Origin: Eledone cirrhosa
Lineage: Eukaryota
Assembly (NCBI GenBank): GCA_964016885.1
Contig: OZ024741.1
Coordinates: forward strand, 353,028,001 to 353,092,000
DNA: 64,000 nt
Direction: 5' to 3'
Numbering within the stretch: position 1 is the first letter of the stretch; the number at the start of each line of letters is the position of its first letter. Below the pieces are notes generated by a model. It had not been told where the DNA came from and did no database searches. It worked only from the letters and a program-made list of their open reading frames with translations. The position numbers and the translations under genes were made by a program. Positions 1-11,198 of the stretch are shown here, piece by piece.

Positions 1-2263
1 AACGGGAGCATTCCCAGTTTTGTGAGCCGGGGAGCAGTGGCGCTGCTGAGAAAAGACCCGAACAAGGGGGATGCTATTGATAATTTCAGGCCCATAACCC
101 TGCTAAACGCAGAGTTCAAGACTTTGGCCAAGGTGTTAGCAACGAGGTTAGCGCTTGTCGTCAAGGGTCTGGTGGGAGAGGCGCAGACATGCGCCATCCC
201 GGACAGATCCATACACGACAACCTCCACCTCATGCGATACATCATAGAGAGGGTGGTTAAAGAACCTGGCAAGGGTGGGGCCCTGATCAACTTGGATCAA
301 TCCAAAGCATTCGATAGGGTCGACCATCGGTACCTGGCGGCGGTCCTCGAGGTAGCCGGTTTCGGGCCCATTTTCAGGCGTTGGATCGCAGCAATGTACA
401 GCGACATCTGCTCAGTTGTGAGGGTGAACGGTCACCTGTCGCAGCCGTTCAGTATCATGCGCTCAGTCCGCCAGGGTTGTCCCTTCTCGTCCCTCTTGTA
501 CGTATTGGCTCTCGAGCCGTTACTGCACAAACCGGGGGCGATGAGGGGCGTCCCACGAGAACTAGGATGCGGGAAATCCGAGTCGGCTTACGCTGACGAC
601 GTCACCGTGGTGGTGTCGAGCACCAGACACGTCCAGATGCTCGGCACTGCTCTCAAGGAATACGAAACGGTGACAGGAGCAAAGATAAACCAGGAAAAGT
701 AGGTGGGCTTGCAGCTAGGAACCTGGAGAGGAAAGTCCATGCCGTCCGACAGCGTCGTGGGGCGTTGGACGGACGGACCGGTTAAATTGCTCGGGGTCTG
801 GTTCGGACCGGACCTCCAGATGGAGAAAAACTGGAACGAGGTGACGAGCAGGGTGGCCTCCCTCACCCAGAAATGGGCTGAGAGGAAGCTGTCCCTGAAA
901 GGCCGGGCGGAAGTGGCGAATGCGTACATCGCATCCGTCATCTGCTACCGCCTCACCGTCGTCCCTTCGCTCCAGCCCAACTCTCACCAAAATGTAGCGC
1001 CTCCTCTTCCGCTTTTTGTGGAAGGGACGCGCTCCCATGTTCAGACGATCCATCTGCTGTCAACACCCGTTGCGTGGAGGACTGGGCATGCCATGGCTGA
1101 TGATGCGCAAACATGCGCTGAGGCTGCGACATCTCTGGTGTTTCCTTGACGGTGAATAGGTGTGGTCGCCGTTCGCAAGGCACGTTTTCCCACAGCTCGT
1201 CTCCTTCACGGAGCTGCAGTCCTGGGTCAGAAAAAGACCGAGGGATAGCGCTTGGAAACTGGAATGTCTCCAGACGCTCACTGCCTTCTGCCAGCTTGGC
1301 ACCAGTATCGGTGGAACATCCACCTCGGCGTTCTATAGAGGACTAGTGGAAGGGAAGTGCGACGACATTCTCGGAGAGATCCTGGGCGTCGAAGATCAGC
1401 TGTTTGCTCTCTTCCGGAGAACTTTCGGCCCGGGGCCTATGGATAACTTCCAAAAATCCCTGGCCTGTCAGTGCTACCGGGGAGCGCTGCCGGTTCGAGA
1501 TAAGCTCTACAGGCACGGAAGTGCCGTCAGCCGAGCCTGTCCGAGATGCGCGCATAGCGACGAAACCGTTGTGCACGCACTCGTTCAGTGCCCGAGCATT
1601 GCTGACTTGTGGAGCTATGTCGAACAGTTGCTGTCACGTGTGGGACTGATCCGGTTGTCGACTGAGTCCATCGTGCAGATGGTCTCGCCGTCTTCCTTCG
1701 AGGAGGAAGGGCAGGCGGTTTTCATCTGCCTGGTGGCCATGGCGAAAGAGATTGTGTGGTGGACAAGGTTAAAAGGATTAAAGACAAACACTTTCCTCTT
1801 CGGCGAATCCCTAATTAACTTTTTCAAGTTTCACTTGAAGAGGAAAATCAGGGTGGAGAGGCAAGTGCTGCTTTCTAGCAAGTTTGTTGAAAGGTGGGTG
1901 AATGTAGCGAGAATGGTCCGAGTGAACGGGACCACTCTGAATATACGTCTGTAGTTTGAGAGATGGAAAAGTTGAGAGAGGGCGCTTGCCCTGGTAGTCA
2001 GGGTGGCCGTGGTCTTTTGTATGGTTTTCGCCATGAGTAACCCTCGGAGGTTTCCCCCCTATTGGGGAATTTTTCATTGTTTCAATTTTCATTTTTTTGT
2101 TTATATATATATATATGTTTTATGTCTTTTTTCTTTTCTTATATAAATAATAAAAATATTTACACGCACAAAACCCACATCGTTCCGTCCTGTTCCGTCT
2201 GTGATGTTTTTCTTGATGTCAGCCCTTGTGGCCAATAAAGAAATCATTATTATTATTATTATT
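1..2263 (+). mobile_element. L1/Tx1-clade LINE, damaged copy (RT to 3' end; runs off window 5')
   Basis: ORFs 22-702, 703-1149 and 1160-1954 are colinear with ORF2 at 4610-8029 (NFRPITLLN, LDQSKAFDRV, QGCP, YADD, CPRC..ETVVHALVQC). In-frame TAG at 700-702 and a frameshift near 968. Ends AATAAAGAAATC(ATT)n at 2234-2263. Confidence 0.95.
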
Positions 2264-2478
2264 GAATGCCATGGTTGACGGAGGCTCGGCTCTGTAAAGT
2301 ATAGTAATGTTTAACCGTTAAAACAATTGTAAATTGTTTAAAACTTGAACCAAATTGTTGATAAAGACACCCTCCTCCTCGTGAGAGGGGTCTTTCTGTC
2401 CATTATTTGGCCCTTCGGGGTTAAATAATCAGTTATTGGGGTTTTGTACCCAAAATTTCATTTTAAACAAAAAACAAC

Positions 2479-4575
2479 ATGGCTACGAAAAAGAAATTTC
2501 ATACGTCACTCCCACTCATTCCGTCTTCTTCTTCCTCAATCATCACTACAGCAGAGAGAAGATTGTCTCTCTCCCTCCCTTCTTTAAATGTGTCTCTCTC
2601 CCTCCCTTCTCTTTCGCAAGTGACGAAAGAAAAGAAAAGTCTCGTGCAAAGCGTGCAAGGTTTCTCCACGACGACGACGACAGCGACGAAACAGGTGTGC
2701 GGGAAATACGAAAACCCAGTTCATTCGTCTGACGTCAGGAATAATAGCAGTAGCAGCCGTAATAACAACAGCAACAGTGACAATGAAAACAACAGTAGCA
2801 GCCGCAACAGCATCACCAGCAGCATAAACAACAACAGCATTAGCAGCAGCAACACCAACAACAACCACAGCAACAGCGGCGGAGGCAGTAGTCGTAGTAC
2901 CTGCAGCAACAACAAAAGTACCAGCAGCTCTGACGACAACAACAACAGCAGAGAAAAACCAATCTCATTTGCAGGTATTGCGAAAAACTTGGAAACAATC
3001 CTCATAACAAATGAGGAATTAGAGGAAGCGAAGAAGATGGTGACAAAGAACGGACACCGAGCAATCTGCAAGGCAGCGAAACATTTTTTCGAAACCCAAG
3101 AGCACTGTACGGTCACGTACCGTACAGTAAGTACAAAATCCCATAGGGTGGAAAGAGCCACAGAGGCCCAAATACAAAAAGGCTTGGGGTCTGTGTGGCA
3201 GCGGAAAACGCACATCACCCGAGGCAAAAAATACGCCACCGTAGACGTACTTTTTGCCACACCCCAGGAGGCAAAGGCCCAATCAGTAGTGACCCTAAGG
3301 AGCGAGGAAATGGTGTTGGTGCCCTCCTACTGCGGGCAAAAAATTGTGAGGGTCAAACTGACCCACGTCCCCCCCGGAATGACCCCTTCTTGGCTGGCCG
3401 CGTCTGTCCTCGTCGGAATCGAGGACAAAACAACTGTACTGCAAGTACAGAAAAAAGTAAGAGAAGATTGGGTCGGCTCCTCCATTGAGATGCTAATCCA
3501 AACCAACCAGGAGTGCATCGAAGCTATCCCGGATGTGATAGACTTCGATAACGGCACTCAACTGCCCATAAGTGTTGAGGGCAAACGCCCGAAATGCTTT
3601 CGCTGTGGATCGAAGACTCACCTCAGGGCCTTCTGCAACGAGAAGACCCTGAGAAAGGAGAAAACCCCCCTCCTTCCGAATCCGGCTCCACGGCTACCAG
3701 CAACAGGACAAGCGGCAACCAGGAACGATAGGTCCGTGGCACCCATACCCACTCCACGGAAATCAAAGACAGCAGCAGCAGTGGAAATATTAACAACAAC
3801 AACAGCAATACCAAATGCAGCTGCAACAGAGACTCCAGTGCAAACATCACCAACAACAACAAGTGAAAGAGTGGAGCTGGTACCCCTCCTCGACCTTACA
3901 GAATCAGACATGGAGTGTGAGGTGGGAGAGGGATGGCAAAAGGTCGCAAGAAGGCACAAACGCAGAAGCAGCGCATCGTCGCCTTTGAAAAGGGAGGAAA
4001 GAAATGAGAAAAGGGTAAAGTCTACTGCAAAGAGACCCACAGCAGCAACACCACCAACACCATCACCACCCACACCAGCACCACCATCACCACCGGCGAC
4101 AACCCCACCGCCAACAACACCTTCAACACCACCACCACAAGCACCAACATCGCAAACACAACAACAAAACACACACACCCAGCAACAACGACAAGAAAAT
4201 AGCAGAACCACACCCCACCCCCAGAAAAACAAATGCACGGCAATAAACACACACAACAAGAAACTAATGACTTACATAATTGAACACACAGACATTTCAC
4301 AACAGGACTACATAATACCAGCACCAATCAAAACGCCAACTAACATAAGACTGCTAAAAATAGCACAGAAACAATACACAAACATTAAAACGAAATTCCC
4401 CAACGCAGTTGGTGATTTCAGGGACCTAGGAGGAACCATCAATCGAAGAGTATATTCAGACATTCTCTTAGAAGAGCCGACGACCAGCCGAAGGGACGAT
4501 TCAACGGTCCCTTCACCAGACGATCAAGTGAAAAGGGATGTAAAAACCATCCCTCCTCTACCAAAAGTACGGTAA
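2479..4575 (+). CDS. LINE ORF1 (gag-like nucleic-acid-binding protein), 698 aa
   Basis: CX2CX4HX4C knuckle CFRCGSKTHLRAFC (3595-3636); GWQKVARRHKRR basic motif; N/S-rich and P/T-rich low-complexity blocks; directly upstream of ORF2. Confidence 0.88.
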   Translation: MATKKKFHTSLPLIPSSSSSIITTAERRLSLSLPSLNVSLSLPSLSQVTKEKKSLVQSVQGFSTTTTTATKQVCGKYENPVHSSDVRNNSSSSRNNNSNSDNENNSSSRNSITSSINNNSISSSNTNNNHSNSGGGSSRSTCSNNKSTSSSDDNNNSREKPISFAGIAKNLETILITNEELEEAKKMVTKNGHRAICKAAKHFFETQEHCTVTYRTVSTKSHRVERATEAQIQKGLGSVWQRKTHITRGKKYATVDVLFATPQEAKAQSVVTLRSEEMVLVPSYCGQKIVRVKLTHVPPGMTPSWLAASVLVGIEDKTTVLQVQKKVREDWVGSSIEMLIQTNQECIEAIPDVIDFDNGTQLPISVEGKRPKCFRCGSKTHLRAFCNEKTLRKEKTPLLPNPAPRLPATGQAATRNDRSVAPIPTPRKSKTAAAVEILTTTTAIPNAAATETPVQTSPTTTSERVELVPLLDLTESDMECEVGEGWQKVARRHKRRSSASSPLKREERNEKRVKSTAKRPTAATPPTPSPPTPAPPSPPATTPPPTTPSTPPPQAPTSQTQQQNTHTQQQRQENSRTTPHPQKNKCTAINTHNKKLMTYIIEHTDISQQDYIIPAPIKTPTNIRLLKIAQKQYTNIKTKFPNAVGDFRDLGGTINRRVYSDILLEEPTTSRRDDSTVPSPDDQVKRDVKTIPPLPKVR

Positions 4576-4609
4576 GTGGTCTTTCCCATCTTTTCCACTC
4601 TATTTAAAC

Positions 4610-7600
4610 ATGACCTCACTCAGAATAGGCAGCATAAATGCGCGTGGCTTGGGGTCGTCATGGAAGCAGGGTCACCTGCTCAACGACCTCAGGTCACTAA
4701 ACATAGATGTAGTGGCCATCAGCGAGACCAGAATCTCCGAAGCACGGGCCTTCGCACCAATCTTCGGCGGCTACGATGTGTATGCATCTCCCAGCCGTCC
4801 TGGATCGGGTGGAGGAGTTGCTGTGCTTTTTCGGAGAGGTTTGGATCTCGCCATACGGGCCATCTTCCTGGACCCAGAGGGTAAGCTGGTGGTGCTGGAC
4901 GTGACCAGCGGAGACGGGCAAGCTTTCAGGCTAGTGGCCGTCTATGCCCCGACAGGAGCAGGGCGGCCTGATTTCTTCCGGCGTCTGGAGACCTTTCTTG
5001 GAACGTCCCGCTCTTTAGTGTTAGTGGGCGACTGGAACGGGATCTTAGATGCACGCTGGGACTGTGTGGGATTAGCGGATAGGGGTGGAGGGTGCAAGAG
5101 CCTCACCAACCTGCTCAGGCGTTTTGAACTGTCTGACAGGTACCGATTGGATTTCCCGAATGTGCCAATGTGGACTTGGACAAACCGCATAGGGTCATCC
5201 AGATCATATCTAGATAGAGTATTTTGTAGGGAAATAGATAGGTCTAGCATAGGCTGTCCACAATTCAAGATAGTCAGCTACACGGACCACAAATTCGTAA
5301 CCTGTGTGCTTGACTTAGATAGGCTTCATAGACGAGGACCCGGCTACTGGAAGCTAAACGCGTCCTTACCAGCGCGCAAGGCCTACAGAGACCGGATTAG
5401 CGAACTAGTTAAGCGGGCGTTGACGGGGGCCATCGTCAACAACAAGTGGTGGTTTGCTCTGAAAAGAGCGATTAGAATAGAATCGATTAGGTTTAGTAAG
5501 GCTTTAGCAATAGAGAAAAATAGAGCAGAGGGAGAACTAGTTAGAAAATTAGACGAGGCGCTTAGCAAAGGCATTGCGACCGACGTGCTTGCGGTGAAAT
5601 TGGCCCTTGACCAATTCTTCAATGCAAAGCACGAAGGCTGCGTTGTCAGAGCTAGGGTGCGTGCTCTCAGACACGAGGGGACGAAAGCCGTTCAATGGGC
5701 CCGAGTGGCGGAGGCGCGTCGTGGCAACAAAGCCACGATCCGGTCTTTGGTGGACCACGACGGGCGCATGCTACTCGATCCCGGGCAAATGTGTGAAGCT
5801 TTTCAGCGACACTTCGCTCAGCTGTTCGGGGGCAGCGGGGGGCCGGGTAGAGGGATGGACTTTAGTGTCTACCTCGACGGACTGCCGCGGCTCTCGGCCA
5901 CTGAGGCGAAGTGTTGCGAAAAGCCGATAACAGCCGCTGAAGTACGGGAGGCAATGACTGGCTGCACAAGGGGTAAATCGCCTGGTTTGGATGGTCTGCC
6001 CTATGAACTTTACGTACAGATGCCAGACTTGTTCGGAGGCCTCTTGGCGGACGTCTACTGCAACTGGCAACAGAACGGGAGAATTCCCAGTTCTGTGAGC
6101 CGAGGAGCGGTGGCACTGCTGAGAAAGGATCCGAACAAGGGGGATAACATAGACAATTTCCGGCCCATAACTCTGCTAAACACAGAGTTTAAGATTTTGG
6201 CCAAGGTGCTAGCAAAGAGGTTGGCGCTTGTCGTTGGTGGTCTGGTGGGAGAGGCGCAGACATGCGCCATTCCCGACAGATCCATCCACGACAACCTCCA
6301 CCTCATGCGATACATCGTAGAGAGGGTAGCTAGGGAACATGGCACGGGTGGGTCCTTGATCAATTTAGATCAGTCGAAAGCTTTCGATAGGGTCGACCAT
6401 CGTTACCTAGCGGCAGTCCTGAGGGCGGCTGGCTTTGGGCCCGTCTTCAGAGGCTGGATCGCTGCCATGCACAGCGACATCTGCTCTGTGGTGAGAGTGA
6501 ACGGTCACCTGTCGGAACCGTTCAACATCATGCGCTCGGTCCGCCAAGGATGTCCCCTCTCGTCCCTCTTGTACGTATTGACTCTCGAGCCATTACTGCA
6601 CAAACTGGAGACGTTGAGGGGAGTCCCGCGCGAACTAGGATGCGGAAGATCCGTGTCAGCATATGCCGACGATGTCACCGTAGTGGTGTCGAACGCCAAA
6701 CACATCGAGGCGATCGGCACTACACTAAGAGAATACGAAGCGGTGACAGGAGCAATGATCAACCAGGAAAAGTCAGTGGGCCTGCAGCTCGGCACCTGGA
6801 GAGGCAGGTCCATGCCGTCCAACAGCGTCGTCGGGCGCTGGACGGACGGACCGGTTAAATTGCTAGGGGTCTGGTTCGGTCCGGACCTCCAGACGGACAA
6901 AAACTGGGACGAGGTGACGAGCAGGGTGGCTTCTCTCACCCAGAAATGGGCGGAGAGGAAGCTATCCCTGAAAGGTCGAGCGGAGGTGGCTAACGCGTAC
7001 ATCGCGTCTGTCATCTGCTACCGCCTAACCGTCGTACCTTGTCCTAAGCCTCGCCTGACTGCGCTGGAGCGTTTGCTCTTTCGCTTTTTGTGGAAGGGAC
7101 GTGCTCCGATGGTCAGGCGGTCCATCTGTTGTCAACACCCGCTACGTGGAGGGCTGGGCATGCCGTGGCTGATGATGCGCAGGCACGCGCTCAGGCTACG
7201 ACATCTCCACCTCTTCCTCGACGGTGATCAGGTGTGGTCGCCGTTTGCTAGACGCGTTTTTCCCCAGCTCGTTTCCTTGACGGAGCTGCAGTCCTGGGTC
7301 AAGCGAAGACCGAGAGGGAGCGCCTGGAGACTGGAATGTCTTCAGGCGCTCACAGCCCTCGACCAATCGGGCAATGTGATCGGTGGAAACTCCACCTCGG
7401 CGTTCTATAGAGGATTAGTGGAGGGGAAGAGCGACGACGTACTTGGGGAAACTCTAGGCGTCGACGAAAATCAACTAGCCAATCTCTTCGGAAGAACTTT
7501 CGGGCCAGGGCCTATGGACAACTTCCAGAAATCTCTGGCCTGGCAGTGCTACCGAGGAGCCTTGCCAGTTCGGGATAAACTCTACAGGCATGGAGGTGCC

Positions 7601-8029
7601 GTCAGCCGGGCATGTCCGAGATGCGCGCAGGGCGACGAAACCGTCCTGCACGCACTCGTCCAGTGTCCGAAAATTGCTGACTTGTGGGTTTATGTCGAAC
7701 ACCTGCTGTCGCGTTTAGGACGGATCCAGCTATCATCTGAGTCTATCGTGAGGATTGCCCCGCCCTCCTCCTTTAGCCGGGAAGGGCAGGCAGTTTTTAT
7801 CTGTCTGGTGGCCATGGCGAAAGAGATAGTATGGTGGACACGTTTGAAAGGGCTGAAGACGAGCACTTACCTCTTCGGTGATGCTCTGATTGACTTTTTC
7901 AAATTTCATTTGAAAAGGAAAATCAGAGTAGAGAAGGAAGTGCTCTCTTCCCAGCATTTTGTTGAAAGATGGGTGAGAGAAGCAAGAATGGCCCGAGTGA
8001 ATGGGCCGACTCTGAGTATATATCTGTAA
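4610..8029 (+). CDS. LINE ORF2: AP-endonuclease + reverse transcriptase + C-terminal Cys/His zinc motif, 1139 aa
   Basis: APE motifs SINARGL, ISETR, VYAP, GDWN, SYLDRV, TDH; GYWKLNAS linker typical of L1/Tx1; RT motifs KSPGLDGL, FRPITLLN, LDQSKAFDRV, RQGCPLS, YADD (6662-6673); CPRC-x7-H-x4-C. Confidence 0.96.
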   Translation: MTSLRIGSINARGLGSSWKQGHLLNDLRSLNIDVVAISETRISEARAFAPIFGGYDVYASPSRPGSGGGVAVLFRRGLDLAIRAIFLDPEGKLVVLDVTSGDGQAFRLVAVYAPTGAGRPDFFRRLETFLGTSRSLVLVGDWNGILDARWDCVGLADRGGGCKSLTNLLRRFELSDRYRLDFPNVPMWTWTNRIGSSRSYLDRVFCREIDRSSIGCPQFKIVSYTDHKFVTCVLDLDRLHRRGPGYWKLNASLPARKAYRDRISELVKRALTGAIVNNKWWFALKRAIRIESIRFSKALAIEKNRAEGELVRKLDEALSKGIATDVLAVKLALDQFFNAKHEGCVVRARVRALRHEGTKAVQWARVAEARRGNKATIRSLVDHDGRMLLDPGQMCEAFQRHFAQLFGGSGGPGRGMDFSVYLDGLPRLSATEAKCCEKPITAAEVREAMTGCTRGKSPGLDGLPYELYVQMPDLFGGLLADVYCNWQQNGRIPSSVSRGAVALLRKDPNKGDNIDNFRPITLLNTEFKILAKVLAKRLALVVGGLVGEAQTCAIPDRSIHDNLHLMRYIVERVAREHGTGGSLINLDQSKAFDRVDHRYLAAVLRAAGFGPVFRGWIAAMHSDICSVVRVNGHLSEPFNIMRSVRQGCPLSSLLYVLTLEPLLHKLETLRGVPRELGCGRSVSAYADDVTVVVSNAKHIEAIGTTLREYEAVTGAMINQEKSVGLQLGTWRGRSMPSNSVVGRWTDGPVKLLGVWFGPDLQTDKNWDEVTSRVASLTQKWAERKLSLKGRAEVANAYIASVICYRLTVVPCPKPRLTALERLLFRFLWKGRAPMVRRSICCQHPLRGGLGMPWLMMRRHALRLRHLHLFLDGDQVWSPFARRVFPQLVSLTELQSWVKRRPRGSAWRLECLQALTALDQSGNVIGGNSTSAFYRGLVEGKSDDVLGETLGVDENQLANLFGRTFGPGPMDNFQKSLAWQCYRGALPVRDKLYRHGGAVSRACPRCAQGDETVLHALVQCPKIADLWVYVEHLLSRLGRIQLSSESIVRIAPPSSFSREGQAVFICLVAMAKEIVWWTRLKGLKTSTYLFGDALIDFFKFHLKRKIRVEKEVLSSQHFVERWVREARMARVNGPTLSIYL

Positions 8030-8288
8030 ACTAAAGGTGGAAAACTGGGAGAGGGCACTTGCCTTGGTGGTCAGGGTCATTGTGGCTTTTTACTGGGCTT
8101 TCTCCACAAATGTCCCTCCGAAGTCTCCCCCCTATTGGGGAATTTTTCATTGTTATTTTCATTGTTATTTTTGTTACATCCTCTGTTTTTGTTTTTTACA
8201 CGCAGAAATGCCCATTTGTACCGTCCTGCATTGTCCTGCACTGTCCTTAATGTCTACTTTATGTAAACCCTTGTGGTTAATAAAGAAA

Positions 8289-8330
<42 letters not shown>

Positions 8331-8538
8331 GCCTTATGATTTTGCGCATTATCATTGCATTACAAAGCGCAGCTCTATGCGCCTGGGGTATGTGTGGTAT
8401 TTTCGTGGTGTTGTTTTTATTGTATAGAGAGTACACTTCGTAATATATGTACGGTACCTAGTAGTACTATTTTCTGTAAATCCTGCTTTTTTTGGTTATG
8501 TATCAGTCTGTGTTTTGGTATTATTATTATTGTTAGGG

Positions 8539-8730
8539 AGGTGGATTGGCAGTATCGGTAGAGGGTCGGACGCCATACTTTCCAGCATAGTTACGCCCCT
8601 TTGCGGTATGACTTCAAATCCTGCCGGGGTTAACTTTGCCTTCCATCCTTACGGGGTCGATAAAATAAAGTACCAGTAATGCACTGGGATAATTGCTGGC
8701 CTTGTGTCAAAAGTAGAAACAATTATTATT
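8539..8730 (+). mobile_element. SINE family A (tRNA-type head, conserved GCCTTTCATCC..GGGGTCGATAAAATAAAGTACCAG body, (ATT)n tail)
   Basis: A-box-like TGGCAGTATCGG and B-box-like TTCAAATCC; more than 15 related copies in the window; a second 5'-truncated copy follows at 8731-8861. Confidence 0.85.
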
Positions 8731-8899
8731 GTTAGCTTTGCCTTTCATCCTTACAGGGTCGATAAAATAAAGTACCAGTAACGAACTGAAGTCGATTTAA
8801 TCGACTTTCTCCTTCCCCTAAAATTGCTGGCGTTGTGCCTATATAAGAAACCATTATTATTGGTTAGCATTTATATGCTAACCGAGCATCACAGAATAA

Positions 8900-9710
8900 A
8901 AAATCATTATTGGTTGTTGAAGTACGAAGACGTGATTTGTGAGCTACCACCACCACTACCACCACACCCAGTAAAACCAACACCAGTACAGACGCTACCA
9001 CCAACGGTACCACCACGAGTATCAGCAGCAATAGCAGAGATAACAACAGCATCAGTAACAGCAACCGCATCAACAACAACGGCAACAACAGCAACAACAA
9101 CAACAACAACAACAACAACAACGACAATAACAACGATGGTAACAACAACAGCGAAAGCAACAGCAGCAGAAAGACGAGCCCTCAAAGCAGGCAGGAGCCA
9201 CCCAAGTGACCATATCCTTCGCGAGGGCAGCCAAAAATGTAGAAATAATCTACGTTAACAACAATGAGATGAAGAAGGCCAAGATTTTGGTCAAGAAGAA
9301 CGGCCACAGGTCACCCTCACTCATCCACCCGTCATCATGAAAACAGATGCCTATGGTCTCGTAAAATTCGATAAAAATTGTGCCAATTGAAACGGGTGAC
9401 CGAGTCCCAAGTCCAAAGGGCTATGGGTTCCGCATGGGCACAAAAAGCCTACATAACCCGGAAGACAAAACATGGCATCGTGAATGTTGTCTTCGCTACA
9501 CTTGAAGAACCAGAGGACACTCGATCAAGCCACTTCGCAGCGAAGAGGTCACCACGTACTGCAGCCAAAAAGTTGTGAAGGTCCGAGTGACCCAGGTTTT
9601 GCACTCAGTAGAGATCGAGTGGCTGATGGCGGCCGCCCTCGCTCACATCGAAACGTCCCGCGAATAAAACAAGAAAACTGGTAAGGATTGGGGATGGAGC
9701 TGGTAACACA
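8900..9710 (+). pseudogene. Degenerate ORF1 relic of the same Tx1-like LINE family
   Basis: NNEMKKAKILVKKNGHR and KRVTESQVQRAMGSAWAQKAYITRKTKHGIVNVVFAT match ORF1 TNEELEEAKKMVTKNGHR and ERATEAQIQKGLGSVWQRKTHITRGKKYATVDVLFAT; frameshifted. Confidence 0.8.
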
Positions 9711-10871
9711 TTTTAAGAAGCAAATCCTAGAGTGCTGTACTCCATTATAATTTCGATCATGACGTAATTTCGAATTTCAAGCCTTTTCTTTAAAAAAATC
9801 AAATAATTTCTTTAAAAAAATCAAATAATACTCCTTTAATCTACTTCTTAGGCATCTTCCTTATTTTCATTCTTCTGACTAAAACTCGCAAAAGATGATT
9901 ATTTTATTGCTTGTCTGGAGGTCACAGTATTACTTAACTTTAATTGCTGATCTCAAGACCAAAGCACTACTCAACTTTGATTGCCTGCTGCAATGTAATA
10001 GCACTAATCACGTAAAACAATGTATATGCATGTGTGTGTGTATGTATGTATGTGTGAGTGTGTGTGTGTGTGAATGTGTGTGTGTGTGTGTGTGAGTGTA
10101 TGTGTGAGAGATCCATCTAGATAAATAATTAACTATAATGATTACTGGATATTCAATAGATATCACGAATTCGCTGTTAATTCCTTATGAGACTAGCGCG
10201 TTAATACTCAGTTTAAAAAGAAACAGAAGTTGCAAGTGAAAGACACGGAGTTCAGCTTTGACAAATACTCCCGTTTCTACAAAATACCGTATATTTAAAC
10301 AAGGTTTCATGAACGGGAAACGTTGCATATAACTTAAATATCCCAGTATAATACTGGAGAATGTGTGCTATATATAATGGAATTACAGTGTAACTACCGT
10401 CTAATGCTAAGTATTCCATCCAGTATAAGTCTCGAAACTTCGGATAAATATATGAACTTTTCAGCTGGTGAATTGGAAAATTTAAGGCATCGGATTAAAA
10501 ATGCCTCATCATCTGTTCTGGTTTTCTGCACTTTGAGTTAAAATCACGGTGAAGTGAACTTTGCCCTTCATTTCTCTGTGTCGATAATTAAAATACAAGA
10601 CTAGGGGTGGTGGATTGGCAGACTTGATAAATAGTTGGACAGGATACTATGTGGTGTTTTATCCGACTCTATTCTATGTGTTTTGCATTCAAATCCTGCC
10701 TCTTTCTGCCAGGAGTTACGACCTGCAGATAATACCGGCAAAGAAAAGACAAATGGAATATTGTTCTCTTGATCCGATCTGACAATCAGCTGCTTCCCTT
10801 TCACTATATATGTATAGACCCATAACTCCTGTTAGAGTCATATGAGCGCCGTAGTGACATACGGCGTTACT

Positions 10872-11062
10872 ATCTATATACTAGTAAAACTCTGGGATTG
10901 CTTGCTTGCTTGTCTGTAATACAGCCAAAAGGGCGCATAATGCGAAAATACTTTGAAAGGAAGTTGACGCTAAAATGGGAATACAAATGGAATAAATCAA
11001 GTTTCGCGTAAATTGGAGCACGGGTCCCGAGATATGGGGTTTTTCCGGGTACCGTCATAAAC
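10872..11062. mobile_element. Possible Helitron/HINE-like non-autonomous fragment
   Basis: Starts TCTATATATACTAGTAAAAC, has a (GCTT)n/CTGT tract, and ends in a GAGATATGGG...CATAAACAGA motif; truncates a SINE-B tail at 10823-10870. Pattern recall only. Confidence 0.3.
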
Positions 11063-11095
<33 letters not shown>

Positions 11096-11161
11096 GAGAG
11101 AGAGAGAAAGGAGACAGAGAAGGAGAATAGAAAAGAGAGAGAGGCGGTGTTGTTGTGTATG

Positions 11162-11198
<37 letters not shown>

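Larger units (their letters stand above)
2264..8330 (+). mobile_element. Full-length L1/Tx1-clade non-LTR retrotransposon
   Basis: About 215-nt 5' UTR, ORF1, 34-nt spacer, ORF2, about 260-nt 3' UTR, then AATAAAGAAATC(ATT)n. Both ORFs are uninterrupted, and the element is flanked on both sides by (ATT)n. Confidence 0.93.

Noticed and set aside
4576-7702. Overlapping and antisense ORFs within the LINE ORF2 copies
   Set aside because: Expected by-products of GC-rich coding sequence; their recurrence among copies reflects ORF2 homology.
8541-8625. tRNA genes at SINE heads
   Set aside because: Only A/B-box-like remnants, with no cloverleaf; part of a high-copy SINE.
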